Shown here: piece by piece, positions 38,983 through 53,900 of the stretch
Layout of the letters: each line of letters opens with the position of its first letter
Position numbering within the stretch: the stretch's first letter is position 1
NCBI RefSeq assembly: GCF_006345805.1
Contig: NC_043009.1
Coordinates: 51,150,001 to 51,214,000 of the forward strand
Source: Octopus sinensis
Taxonomy: Eukaryota
Reading direction: 5' to 3'
DNA: 64,000 nt
Notes under the pieces: model-generated
Database searches by the model: none
The model's input: only the letters and a program-made list of their open reading frames with translations
Told to the model about the DNA's origin: nothing
Program-made: the position numbers and the translations under genes

Positions 38983-41900
38983 GGATCAAATCTGATCAAA
39001 CTTGTTCAAATCGAACCAAACCGGATCAAACCGGTTCAGACCGATTCAAACCGGATCAAACCGGGTCAAACCTGATCAAACATGTTCAAATCGAACCAAA
39101 CCGGATCAAACCGGTTCTAACCGGATCAAACCGGTTCAAACCGGATCAAACCGGTTCAAAACTGATCAAACTTGTTCAAATCGAACCAAACCGGATCAAA
39201 CCGTTTCAAACCGGATCAAACCGGTTCAAACCGGATCAAACCGGTTCAAAACTGATCAAACTTGTTCAAATCGAGCCAAACCGGATCAAACCGGTTCAAA
39301 CCGATACAAACCGGATCAAACCGGATCAAAACTGGTCAAACTTGTTCAAATCGAACCAAACCAGATCAAACCGGTTGAAACCGGATCAAACCGGTTCAAA
39401 ACTGATCAAACTTGTTCAAATCGAACCAAGCCGGATCAAACCGGTTCAAACCGATTCAAACCGGATCAAACCGGATCAAAACTGGTCAAACTTGTTCAAA
39501 TCGAACCAAACCAGATCAAACCGGTTCAAACCGGATCAAACCGGTTCGAAACTGATCAAACTTGTTCAAATCGAACCAAACCATATCAAACCGGTTCAAA
39601 CCGGATCAAACCGGTTCGAAACTGATCAAACTTGTTCAAATCGAACCAAACCATATCAAACCGGTTCAGACCGGTTCAAACCGGATCAAACCGGTTCAAA
39701 ACTGATCAAACTTGTTCAAAACTGATCAAACTTGTTCAAATCGTATCAACCCAGTTCAAGCCGAATCAAACCGGTTCGAACAGGTTCAAACCGGTTCAAA
39801 ACTGATCAAACTTGTTCAGATGGTATCAAACCGAGTCAAACCGGTTCAGACCGGTTCCAACCGGATGAAACCGGTTCAAAACTGATCAAACTTGTTCAAA
39901 TCGAACCAAACCATATCAAACCGGTTCAGACCGATTCAAACCGGATCAAACCGGTTCAAAACTGATCAAACTTGTTCAAATCGAACCAAACCGGATCAAA
40001 CCGTTTCAAACCGGTTCAAACCAGATCAAACCGGATCAAAACTGGTCAAACTTGTTCAAATCGAACCAAACCAAATCAAACCGGTTCAAACCGGATCAAA
40101 CCGGTTCAAAACTGATCAAACTTGTTCAAATCGAACCAAACCATATCAAACCGGTTCAGACCGATTCAAACCGGATCAAACCGGTTCAAAACTGATCAAA
40201 CTTGTTCAAATCGAACCAAACCGGATCAAGCCGTTTCAAACCGGATCAAACCGGATCAAACCGGATCAAAACTGATCAAACTTGTTCAAATCGAACCAAA
40301 CCATATCAAACCGGTTCAGACCGATTCAAACCGGATCAAACCGGTTCAAAACTGATCAAACTTGTTCAAATCGAACCAAACCGGATCAAACCGTTTCAAA
40401 CCGGTTCAAACCAGATCAAACCGGATCAAAACTGGTCAAACTTGTTCAAATCGAACCAAACCAGATCAAACCGGTTCAAACCGGATCAAACCGGTACAAA
40501 ACTGATCAAACTTGTTCAAATCGAACCAAACCGGATCAAACCGTTTCAAACCGGTTCAAACCAGATCAAACCGGATCAAAACTGGTCAAACTTGTTCAAA
40601 TCGAACCAAACCAAATCAAACCGGTTCAAACCGGATCAAACCGGTTCAAAACTGATCAAACTTGTTCAAATCGAACCAAAGCGGATCAAACCGGTTCGGA
40701 CCGGTTCAAACCGGATCAAACCGGTTCAAAACTGATCAAACTTGTTCAAAACTGATCAAACTTGTTCAAATCGTATCAAACCAGTTCAAGCCGAATCAAA
40801 CCGGTTCGAACATGTTCAAACCGGTTCAAAACTGATAAAACTTGTTCAGATGGTATCAAACCGAGTCAAACCGGTTCAGACCGGTTCAAACCGGATGAAA
40901 CCGGTTCAAAACTGATCAAACTTGTTCAAATCGAACCAAACCATATCAAACCGGTTCAGACCGATTCAAACCGGATCAAACCGGTTCAAAACTGATCAAA
41001 CTTGTTCAAATCGAACCAAACCGGATCAAACCTGTTCAAACCGGATCAAACCGGTTCAAAACTGATCAAACTTGTTCAAATCGAACCAAACCGGATCAAA
41101 CCGTTTCAAACCGGATCAAACCGGATCAAACCGGATCAAAACTGGTCAAACTTGTTCAAATCGAACCAAACCAGATCAAACCGGTTCAAACCGGATCAAA
41201 CCGGTTCGAAACTGATCAAACTTGTTCAAATCGAACCAAACAATATCAAACCGGTTCAGACCGGTTCAAACCGGGTGAAACCGGTTCAAAACTGATCAAA
41301 CTTGTTCAAATCGAACCAAACCATATCAAACCGGTTCAGACCGATTCAAACCGGATCAAACCGGTTCAAAACTGATCAAACTTGTTCAAATCGAACCAAA
41401 CCGGATCAAACCGTTTCAAACCGGATCAAACCGGATCAAACCGGATCAAAACTGGTCAAACTTGTTCAAATCGAACCAAACCAGATCAAACCGGTTCAAT
41501 CCGGATCAAACCGGTTCAAAACTGATCAAACTTGTTCAAATCGAACCAAACCATATCAAACCGGTTCAACCGATTCAAACCGGATCTAACCGGTTCAAAA
41601 CTGATCAAACTTGTTCAAATCGAACCAAACCGGATCAAACCGTTTCAAACCGGTTCAAACCAGATCAAACCGGATCAAAACTGGTCAAACTTGTTTAAAT
41701 CGAACCAAACCAAATCAAACCGGTTCAAACCGGATCAAACCGGTTCAAAACTGATCAAACTTGTTCAAATCGAACCAAACCGGATCAAACCGGTTCAGAC
41801 CGATTCAAACCGGATCAAACCGGTTCAAAACTGATCAAACTTGTTCAAATCGAACCAAACCGGATCAAACCGGTTCTAACCGGATCAAACCGGTTCAAAC

Positions 41901-44900
41901 CGGATCAAACCGGTTCAAAACTGATCAAACTTGTTCAAATCGAACCAAACCGGATCAAACCGTTTCAAACCGGATCAAACCGGATCAAAACTGGTCAAAC
42001 TTGTTCAAATCGAACCAAACCAGATCAAACCGGTTCAAACCGGATCAAACCGGTTCAAACCGGATCAAACCGGTTCAAAACTGATCAAACTTGTTCAAAT
42101 CGAGCCAAACCGGATCAAACCGGTTCAAACCGATACGAACCGGATCAAACCGGATCAAAACTGGTCAAACTTGTTCAAATCGAACCAAACCGGATCAAAC
42201 CGGTTCAAACCGATCAAACCGTTCAAACCGGATCAAACCGTTCAAAACTGATCAAACTTGTTCAAATCTAGCCAAACCGGATCAAACCGGTTCAAACCGA
42301 TACAAACCGGATCAAACCGGATCAAAACTGGTCAAACTTGTTCAAATCGAACCAACCAGATCATCAAACCGGTTCAAACCGGATCAAACCGGTTCAAAAC
42401 TGATCAAACTTGTTCAAATCGAACCAAGCCGGATCAAACCGGTTCAAACCGATTCAAACCGGATCAAACCGGATCAAAACTGGTCAAACTTGTTCAATCG
42501 AACCAAACCAGATCAAACCGGTTCAAACCGGATCAAACCGGTTCGAAACTGATCAAACTTGTTCAAATCGAACCAAACCATATGAAACCGGTTCAAACCG
42601 GATCAAACCGTTCAAAACTGATCAACTTGTTCAAATCGAACCAAACCATATCAAACCGGTTCAGACCGGTCAAACCGGATCAAACCGGTTCAAAACTGAT
42701 CAAACTTGTTCAAAACTGATCAAACTTGTTCAAATCGTATCAAACCAGTTCAGCCGAATCAAACCGGTTCGAACAGGTTCAAACCGGTTCAAAACTGATC
42801 AAACTTGTTCAGATGGTATCAAACCGAGTCAGACCGGTTCAGACCGGTTCCAACCGATGAAAACCGGTTCAAAACTGATCAAACTTGTTCAAATCGTACC
42901 AAACCATATCAAACCGGTTCAGACCGATTCAAACCGGATCAAACCGGTTCAAAACTGATCAAACTTGTTCAAATCGAACCAAACCGGATCAAACCGTTTC
43001 AAACTGGTTCAAACCAGATCAAAACCGGAATAAATGGTCAACTTGTTCAAATCGAACAAACCAGATCAAACCGGTTCAAACCGGATCAAACCGGATGAAA
43101 ACTGATCAAACTTGTTCAAATCGAGCCAAACTGGATCAAACCGGTTCAAATCGATACAAACCGGATCAAACCGGATTAAAACTGGTCAAACTTGTTCAAA
43201 TCGAACCAAACCAGATCAAACCGGTTCAAACCGGATCAAACCGGTTCAAAACTGATCAAACTTGTTCAAATCGAACCAAGCCGGATCAAACCGGTTCAAA
43301 CCGATTCAACCGGATCAACCGGATCAAAACTGGTCAAACTTGTTCAAATGGAACCAAACCAGATCAAACCGGTTTTCAAAACGGATCAACCCGGTTCAAA
43401 ACTGATCAAACTTGTTCAAATCGAGCCAAACCGGGTCAAACCGGTTCAGACCGGTTGTAACCGGATCAAACCGGTTCAAAACTGATCAAACTTGGTCAAA
43501 TCGAACCAAACCGGTTCAAACCGTTTCAAACCGGATCAAACCGGATCAAAATTGGTCAAACTTGTTCAAATCGAACCAAACCAGATCAAACCGGTTCAAA
43601 CCGGATCAAACCGGTTCAAAACTGATCAAACTTGTTCAAATCGAACCAAGGGGATCAAACCGGTTCAGACCGGTTCAAACCGGATCAAACCGGTTCATAA
43701 CTGATGAAACTTGTTCAAATTGATCAAACTTGTTCAAATCGTATCAAACCAGTTCAAGCCGAATCAAACGGTTCGAACAGGTTCAAACCGGTTCAAAACT
43801 GATCAAACTTTTTCAGATGGTATCAAACCGTGTCAACCGGTTCAGACGGTACAAACCGGATTGAACCAGTTCAAAACTGGTCAAACTTGTTCAAATCGAA
43901 CCAACCATATCCAACCGGTTCAGACCGATTCAAACGGATCAAACCGGTTCAAAACTGATCAAACTTGTTCAAATCAAAGCAAACTAGATCAAACCGGTTC
44001 AAAACTGATCAAACTTGTTCAAATCGAATCAAACTGGATCAAACCGTTTCAAACCGGTTGAAACCAGATCAAACCGGATCAAAACTGGTCAAACTTGTTC
44101 AAATCGAACCAAACCAGATCAAACCGGTTCAAAACTGATCAAACTTGTTCAAATCGAACCAAAGCGGATCAAACCGGTTCAAACCGATCCAAACCGGATC
44201 AAACCGGATCAAAACTGGTCAAACTTGTTCAAATCGAACCAAACCAGATTAAACCGGTTCAAACCGGATCAAACCGGTTGAAAACTGATCAAACTTGTTC
44301 AAATCGAACCTAAGCGGATCAAACCGGTTAAGACCGCTCAAAACCGGATCAAACCGTTTCAAAACTGATCAAACTTGTTCAAAACTGATCAAACTTGTTC
44401 AAATCGTATCAAACCAGTTCAAGCCGAATTAAACCGGTTCGAAAGCTTCAAACGGTTCAAAACTGATCAAACTTGTTCAGATGTGATAAAACCGGGTTAA
44501 CCCGTTTCAGACCGTTTTAAACCGGATCAAACCGGTTGAAAACTGATCAAACTTGTTCAAAACTGATCAAACTTGTTCAAATCGTATCAAACCAGTTCAA
44601 ACCGAATCAAACCGGTTCGAACAGGTTCAAACCGGTTCAAAACTGATCAAACTTGTTCAAATCGAACCAAACCATATCAAACCGGTTCAGACCGATTCAA
44701 ACCGGATCTAACCGGTTCAAAACTGATCAAACTTGTTCAAATCGAACCAAACCGGATCAAACCGTTTCAAACCGGTTCAAACCAGATCAAACCGGATCAA
44801 AACTGGTCAAACTTGTTTAAATCGAACCAAACCAAATCAAACCGGTTCAAACCGGATCAAACCGGTTCAAAACTGATCAAACTTGTTCAAATCGAACCAA

Positions 44901-47900
44901 ACCGGATCAAACCGGTTCAGACCGATTCAAACCGGATCAAACCGGTTCAAAACTGATCAAACTTGTTCAAATCGAACCAAACCGGATCAAACCGGTTCTA
45001 ACCGGATCAAACCGGTTCAAACCGGATCAAACCGGTTCAAAACTGATCAAACTTGTTCAAATCGAACCAAACCGGATCAAACCGTTTCAAACCGGATCAA
45101 ACCGGATCAAAACTGGTCAAACTTGTTCAAATCGAACCAAACCAGATCAAACCGGTTCAAACCGGATCAAACCGGTTCAAACCGGATCAAACCGGTTCAA
45201 AACTGATCAAACTTGTTCAAATCGAGCCAAACCGGATCAAACCGGTTCAAACCGATACGAACCGGATCAAACCGGATCAAAACTGGTCAAACTTGTTCAA
45301 ATCGAACCAAACCGGATCAAACCGGTTCAAACCGGATCAAACCGGTTCAAACCGGATCAAACCGGTTCAAAACTGATCAAACTTGTTCAAATCTAGCCAA
45401 ACCGGATCAAACCGGTTCAAACCGATACAAACCGGATCAAACCGGATCAAAACTGGTCAAACTTGTTCAAATCGAACCAAACCAGATCAAACCGGTTCAA
45501 ACCGGATCAAACCGGTTCAAAACTGATCAAACTTGTTCAAATCGAACCAAGCCGGATCAAACCGGTTCAAACCGATTCAAACCGGATCAAACCGGATCAA
45601 AACTGGTCAAACTTGTTCAAATCGAACCAAACCAGATCAAACCGGTTCAAACCGGATCAAACCGGTTCGAAACTGATCAAACTTGTTCAAATCGAACCAA
45701 ACCATATGAAACCGGTTCAAACCGGATCAAACCGGTTCAAAACTGATCAAACTTGTTCAAATCGAACCAAACCATATCAAACCGGTTCAGACCGGTTCAA
45801 ACCGGATCAAACCGGTTCAAAACTGATCAAACTTGTTCAAAACTGATCAAACTTGTTCAAATCGTATCAAACCAGTTCAAGCCGAATCAAACCGGTTCGA
45901 ACAGGTTCAAACCGGTTCAAAACTGATCAAACTTGTTCAGATGGTATCAAACCGAGTCAGACCGGTTCAGACCGGTTCCAACCGGATGAAACCGGTTCAA
46001 AACTGATCAAACTTGTTCAAATCGAACCAAACCATATCAAACCGGTTCAGACCGATTCAAACCGGATCAAACCGGTTCAAAACTGATCAAACTTGTTCAA
46101 ATCGAACCAAACCGGATCAAACCGTTTCAAACTGGTTCAAACCAGATCAAACCGGATCATAACTGGTCAAACTTGTTCAAATCGAACCAAACCAGATCAA
46201 ACCGGTTCAAACCGGATCAAACCGGATGAAAACTGATCAAACTTGTTCAAATCGAGCCAAACTGGATCAAACCGGTTCAAATCGATACAAACCGGATCAA
46301 ACCGGATTAAAACTGGTCAAACTTGTTCAAATCGAACCAAACCAGATCAAACCGGTTCAAACCGGATCAAACCGGTTCAAAACTGATCAAACTTGTTCAA
46401 ATCGAACCAAGCCGGATCAACCGGTTCAAACCGATTCAAACCGGATCAAACCGGATCAAAACTGGTCAAACTTGTTCAAATGGAACCAAACCAGATCAAA
46501 CCGGTTCAAACCGGATCAACCCGGTTCAAAACTGATCAAACTTGTTCAAATCGAGCCAAACCGGGTCAAACCGGTTCAGACCGGTTGTAACCGGATCAAA
46601 CCGGTTCAAAACTGATCAAACTTGGTCAAATCGAACCAAACCGGTTCAAACCGTTTCAAACCGGATCAAACCGGATCAAAATTGGTCAAACTTGTTCAAA
46701 TCGAACCAAACCAGATCAAACCGGTTCAAACCGGATCAAACCGGTTCAAAACTGATCAAACTTGTTCAAATCGACCCAGGCGGATCAAACCGGTTCAGAC
46801 CGGTTCAAACCGGATCAAACCGGTTCATAACTGATGAAACTTGTTCAAATTGATCAAACTTGTTCAAATCGTATCAAACCAGTTCAAGCCGAATCAAACC
46901 GGTTCGAACAGGTTCAAACCGGTTCAAAACTGATCAAACTTTTTCAGATGGTATCAACCGTGTCAAACCGGTTCAGACCGGTACAAACCGGATGAAACCA
47001 GTTCAAAACTGGTCAAACTTGTTCAAATCGAACCAAACCATATCAAACCGTTCAGACCGATTCACCGGATCAAACCGGTTCAAAACTGATCAAACTTGTT
47101 CAAATCAAAGCAAAAGAAAAAAACGATCAAACCGGTTCAAACCGTTCAAAACTGATCAAACTTGTTCAAATCGAATCAAACTGGATCAAACCGTTTCAAA
47201 CCGGTTGAAACCAGATCAAACCGATCAAAACTGGTCAAACTTGTTCAAATCGAACCAAACCAGATCAAACCGGTTCAAAACTGATCAAACTTGTTCAAAT
47301 CGAACCAAAGCGGATCAAACCGGTTCAAACCGATCCAAACCGGATCAAACCGGATCAAAACTGGTCAAACTTGTTCAAATCGAACCAAACCAGATTAAAC
47401 CGGTTCAAACCGGATCAAACCGGTTGAAAACTGATCAAACTTGTTCAAATCGAACCTAAGCGGATCAAACCGGTTAAGACCGGCTCAAACCGGATCAAAC
47501 CGTTTCAAAACTGATCAAACTTGTTCAAAACTGATCAAACTTGTTCAAATCGTATCAAACCAGTTCAAGCCGAATTAAACCGTTCGAACAGCTTCAAACC
47601 GGTTCAAACTGATCAAACTTGTTCAGATGTGATAAAACCGGTTTAAACCGGTTCAGACCGTTTTAAACCGGATCAAACCGGTTGAAAACTGATCAAACTT
47701 GTTCAAAACTGATCAAACTTGTTCAAATCGTATCAAACCAGTTCAACACCGAATCAAACCGGTTCGAACAGGTTCAAACCGGTTCAAAACTGATCAAACT
47801 TGTTCAGATGGTATCAAACCGAGTCAAACCGGTTCAGACCGTTTCAAAACGGATGAAACCGGTTAAAACTGATCAAACTTGTTCAAATCGAACCAACCAT

Positions 47901-50900
47901 ATCAAACCGGTTCAGACCGATTCAAACCGGATCAAACCGGTTCAAAACTGATCAAACTTGTTCAAATCGAACCAACCGGATCAAACCGTTTCAAACCGGT
48001 TCAAACCGGATCAAACCGGATCAAAACTGGTCAGACTTGTTCAAATCGAACCAAACCAGATCAAACCGGTTCAAACCGGATCAAACCGGATGAAAACTGA
48101 TCAAACTTGTTCAAATCGAGCCAAACTGGATCAAACCGGTTCAAACCGATACAAACCGGATCAAACCGATTAAAACTGGTCAAACTTGTTCAAATCGAAC
48201 CAACCAATCAAACCGGTTCAACGGATCAAACCGGATCAAAACTGGTCAAACTTGTTCAAATGGAACCAAACCAGATCAAACCGGTTCAAACCGGATCAAC
48301 CCGGTTCAAAACTGATCAAACTTGTTCAAATCGAGCCAAACCGGTCAAACCGTTCAGACCGTTGTAACCGGATCAAACCGGTTCAAAACTGATCAAACTT
48401 GGTCAAATCGAACCAAACCGGTTCAAACCGTTTCAACAAACCGGATCAAACCGGATCAAAATTGGTCAAACTTGTTCAAATCGAACCAAACCAGATCAAA
48501 CCGGTTCAAATCGAACCAAACCAAATCAAACCGGTTCAAACCGGATCAAACCGGTTCAAACCGGATCAAACCGGTTCAAAACTGATCAAACTTGTTCAAA
48601 TCGAACCAAACCAGATCAAACCGGTTCAAACCGGATCAAACCGGTTCGAAACTGATCAAACTTGTTCAATCGAACCAAACCATATGAAACCGGTTCAAAC
48701 CGGATCAAACCGGTTCGAAACTGATCAAACTTGTTCAAATCGAACCAAACCATATCAAACCGGTTCAGACCGGTTCAAACCGGATCAAACCGGTTCAAAA
48801 CTGATCAAACTTGTTCAAAACTGATCAAACTTGTTCAAATCGTATCAAACCAGTTCAAGCCGAATCAAACCGGTTCGAACAGGTTCAAACCGGTTCAAAA
48901 CTGATCAAACTTGTTCAGATGGTATCAAACCGAGTCAAACCGGTTCAGACCGGTTCCAACCGGATGAAACCGGTTCAAAACTGATCAAACTTGTTCAAAT
49001 CGAACCAAACCATATCAAACCGGTTCAGACCGATTCAAACCGGTTCAAAACTGATCAAACTTGTTCAAATCGAACCAAACCGGATCAAACCGTTTCAAAC
49101 TGGTTCAAACCAGATCAAACCGGATCATAACTGGTCAAACTTGTTCAAATCGAACCAAACCAGATCAAACCGGTTCAAACCGGATCAAACCGGTACAAAA
49201 CTGATCAAACTTGTTCAAATCGAACCAAACCGGATCAAACCGTTTCAAACCGGTTCAAACCAGATCAAACCGGATCAAAACTGGTCAACTTGTTCAAATC
49301 GAACCAACCAAATCAAACCGGTTCAAACCGGATCAAACCGTTCAAAACTGATCAAACTTGTTCAATCGAACCAAAGCGGATCAAACCGGTTCAGACCGGT
49401 TCAAACCGGATCAAACCGGTTCAAAACTGATCAAACTTGTTCAAAACTGATCAAACTTGTTCAAATCGTATCAAACCAGTTCAAGCCGAATCAAACCGGT
49501 TCGAACAGGTTCAAACCGGTTCAAAACTGATCAAACTTTTTCAAATCGAACCAAACCATATCAAACCGGTTCAGACCGATTCAAACCGGATCAAACCGGT
49601 TCAAAACTGATCAAATTGCAAATCGAACCAAACCGGATCAAACCTGTTCAACCGGATCAAACCGGTTCAAACTGATCAAACTTGTTCAAATCGAACCAAA
49701 CCGGATCAAACCGTTTCAAACCGGATCAAACCGGATCAAACCGGATCAAAACTGGTCAAACTTGTTCAAATCGAACGAAGCCGGATCAAACCGGTTCAAA
49801 CCGATTCAAACCGGATCAAACCGGATCAAAACTGGTCAAACTTGTTCAAATCGAACCAAACCTGATCAAACCGGTTCAAACCGGATCAAACCGGTTCGAA
49901 ACTGATCAAACTTGTTCAAATCGAACCAAACCATATCAAACCGGTTCAGACCGGTTCAAACCGGATGAAACCGGTTCAAAACTGATCAAACTTGTTCAAA
50001 TCGAACCAAACCATATCAAACCGGTTCAGACCGATTCAAACCGGATCAAACCGGTTCAAAACTGATCAAACTTGTTCAAATCGAACCAAACCGGATCAAA
50101 CCGTTTCAAACCGGTTCAAACCAGATCAAACCGGATCAAAACTGGTCAAACTTGTTCAAATCGAACCAAACCAAATCAAACCGGTTCAAACCGGATCAAA
50201 CCGGTTCAAACCGGATCAAACCGGTTCAAAACTGATCAAACTTGTTCAAATCGAACCAAACCGGATCAAACCGTTTCAAACCGGATCAAACCGGATCAAA
50301 ACTGGTCAAACTTGTTCAAATCGAACCAAACCAGATCAAACCGGTTCAAACCGGATCAAACCGGTACAAACCGGATCAAACCGGTTCAAAACTGATCAAA
50401 CTTGTTCAAATCGAGCCAAACCGGATCAAACCGGTTCAAACCGATACAGACCGGATCAAACCGGATCAAAACTGGTCAAACTTGTTCAAATCGAACCAAA
50501 CCAGATCAAACCGGTTCAAACCGGATCAAACCGGTTCAAAACTGATCAAACTTGTTCAAATCGAACCAAGCCGGATCAAACCGGTTCAAACCGATTCAAA
50601 CCGGATCAAACCGGATCAAAACTGGTCAAACTTGTTCAAATCGAACCAAACAGATCAAACCGGTTCAAACCGGATCAAACCGTTCGAAACTGATCAAACT
50701 TGTTCAAATCGAACCAACCATATCCAAACCGGTTCAGACCGTTCAAACCGGATCAAACCGGTTCAAAACTGATCAAACTTGTTCAAAACTGATCAAACTT
50801 GTTCAAATCGTATCAAACCAGTTCAAGCCGAATCAAACCGGTTCGAACAGGTTCAAACCGGTTCAAAACTGATCAAACTTGTTCAGATGGTATCAAACCG

Positions 50901-53900
50901 AGTCAAACCGGTTCAGACCGGTTCCAACCGGATGAAACCGGTTCAAAACTGATCAAACTTGTTCAAATCGAACCAAACCATATCAAACCGGTTCAGACCG
51001 ATTCATACCGGATCAAACCGGTTCAAAACTGATCAAACTTGTTCAAATCGAACCAAACCGGATCAAACCGTTTCAAACCGGTTCAAACCAGATCAAACCG
51101 GATCAAAACTGGTCAAACTTGTTCAAATCGAACCAAACCAAATCAAACCGGTTCAAACCGGATCAAACCGGTTCAAAACTGATCAAACTTGTTCAAATCG
51201 AACCAAACCGGATCAAACCGGTTCAAACCGATTCAAACCGGATCAAACCGGATCAAAACTGGTCAAACTTGTTCAAATCGAACCAAACCAGATCAAACCG
51301 GTTCAAAACTGATCAAACTTGTTCAAAACTGATCAAACTTGTTCAAATCGTATCAAACCAGTTCAAGCCGAATCAAACCGGTTCGAACAGGTTCAAACCG
51401 GTTCAAAACTGATCAAACTTGTTCAGATGTGATAAAACCGGGTCAAACCGGTTCAGACCGGTTCTAAGCGGATCAAACCGGTTCAAAACTGATCAAACTT
51501 GTTCAAAACTGATCAAACTTGTTCAAATCGTATCAAACCAGTTCAAACCGAATCAAACCGGTTCGGACAGGTTCAAACCGGTTCAAAACTGATCAAACTT
51601 GTTCAGATGGTATCAAACCGAGTCAAACCGGTTCAGACCGGTCCAGACTGGATGAAACCGGTTCAAAACTGATCAAACTTTTTCAAATCGAACCAAACCA
51701 TATCAAACCGGTTCAGACCGATTCAAACCGGGTCAAACCGGTTCAAAACTGATCAAACTTGTTCAAATCGAACGAAACCGGATCAAACCGTTTCAAACCG
51801 GTTCATACCGGATCAAACCGGATCAAAACCGGTCAAACTTGTTCAAATCGAACGAAACCGGGTCAAACCGTTTCAAACCGGTTCAAACCGGATCAAACCG
51901 GATCAAAACTTGTCAAACTTGTTCAAATCGAACCAAACCAGATCAAACCGGTTCAAACCGGATCAAACCGGTACAAAACTGATCAAACTTTTTCAAATCG
52001 AACCAAAGCGGATCAAACCGGTTCAAACCGATTCAAACCGGATCAGACCGGATCAAAACTGGTCAAACTTGTTCAAATCGAACCAAACCAGATCAAACCG
52101 TTTTGAAACCGATCAAACCGGTACAAAACTGATCAAACTTGTTCAAATCGAACAAAACGCGGATCAAACGGTTCAGACCGGTTCAAACCGGATCAAACGG
52201 TTCAAAACTGATCAAACTTGTTCAAAACTGATCAAACTTGTTCAAATCGTATCAAACCAGTTCAAGCCGAATCAACCGGTTCGAACAGGTTCAAACCGGT
52301 TCAAAACTGATAAACTTGTTCAGATGGTATCAAACGAGTCAAACCGGTTCAGACCGGTTCAAACCGGTTCAGACCGGTTCAACCGGATGAAACCGGTTCA
52401 AAACTGATCAAACTTTTTCAAATCGAACCAAACCATATCAAACCGGTTCAGACCGATTCAAACCGGATCAAACCGGTTCAAAACTGATCAAACTTGTCAA
52501 ATCGAACCAAACCGGATCAAACCGGTTCAAATCGGATCAACCGGTTCAAACTGATCAAACTTGTTCAAATCGAACCAAACCGGATCAAACCGTTTCAAAC
52601 CGGATCAAACCGGATCAAACCGGATCAAAACTGGTCAAACTTGTTCAAATCGAACCAAACCAGATCAAACCGGTTCAAACCGGATCAAACCGGTTCAAAA
52701 CTGATCAAACTTGTTCAAATCGAACCAAGCCGGATCAAACCGTTTCAAACCGATTCAAACCGGATCAAACCGGATCAAAACTGGTCAAACTTGTTCAAAT
52801 CGAACCAAACCTGATCAAACAGGTTCAAACCGGATCAAACCGGTTCAAACCGGATCAAACCGGATCAAAACTGGTCAAACTTGTTCAAATCGAACCAAAC
52901 CAGATCAAACCGGTTCAAACCGGATCAAACCGGTTCAAAACTGATCAAACTTGTTCAAATCGAACCAAGCCGGATCAAACCGGTTCAAACCGATTCAAAC
53001 CGGATCAAACCGGATCAAACCTGGTCAAACTTGTTCAAATCGAACCAAACCTGATCAAACCGGTTCAAACCGGATCAAACCGGTTCAAAACTGATCAAAC
53101 TTGTTCAAATCGAACCAAACCATATCAAACCGGTTCAGACCGATTCAAACCGGATCAAACCGGTTCAAAACTGATCAAACTTGTTCAAATCGAACCAAAC
53201 CGGATCAAACCGGCTCAAACCGGATCAAACCGGTTCAAAATTGATCAAACTTGTTCAAATCGAACCAAACCGGATCAAACCGGTTCAAAACTGATCAAAC
53301 TTGTTCAAATCGAACCAAAGCGGATCAAACCGGTTCAGACCGGTTCAAACCGGATCAAACCGGTTCAAAACTGATCAAACTTGTTCAAAACTGATCAAAC
53401 TTGTTCAAATCGTATCAAACCAGTTCAAACCGAATCAAACCGGTTCGAACAGGTTCAAACCGGTTCAAAACTGATCAAACTTGTTCAGATGTGATAAAAC
53501 CGGGTCAAACCGGTTCAGACCGGTTCAAACCGGATCAAACCGTTTTAAAACTGATCAAACTTTTTCAAATCGGATCAAACCGGGTCAAACCGGTACAGAT
53601 CGGCTCAAACCGGATCAAACCGGTTCAAAACTGATCAAACTTGTTCAAATCAAACAAAACCGGATCAAACCGGTTCAAACCGGTTTAAACCGGATCAAAC
53701 CGGTTCAAAGCTGATCAAACTTGTTCAAATCGAACCAATCCGGATCAAACCGGTTCAAAACTGATCAAACTTTTTCAAATCGTATCAAACAAGTTCAAAC
53801 CGGATCAAACAGGTTCAAACCGGTTCAAAACTGATCAAACTTGTTCTGGTGGGATCAAACCGGGTCAAACCGGGTCAAACCGGTTCAGATCGGTTCAACC

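Noticed and set aside
42200-52600. Patches dense in 1-bp indels (also 31.4-32.7 kb) as zones of accelerated mutation
   Set aside because: The changes are mostly homopolymer-length losses clustered in blocks, which is the pattern of unpolished long-read error. Read-level data would be needed before treating them as biological.
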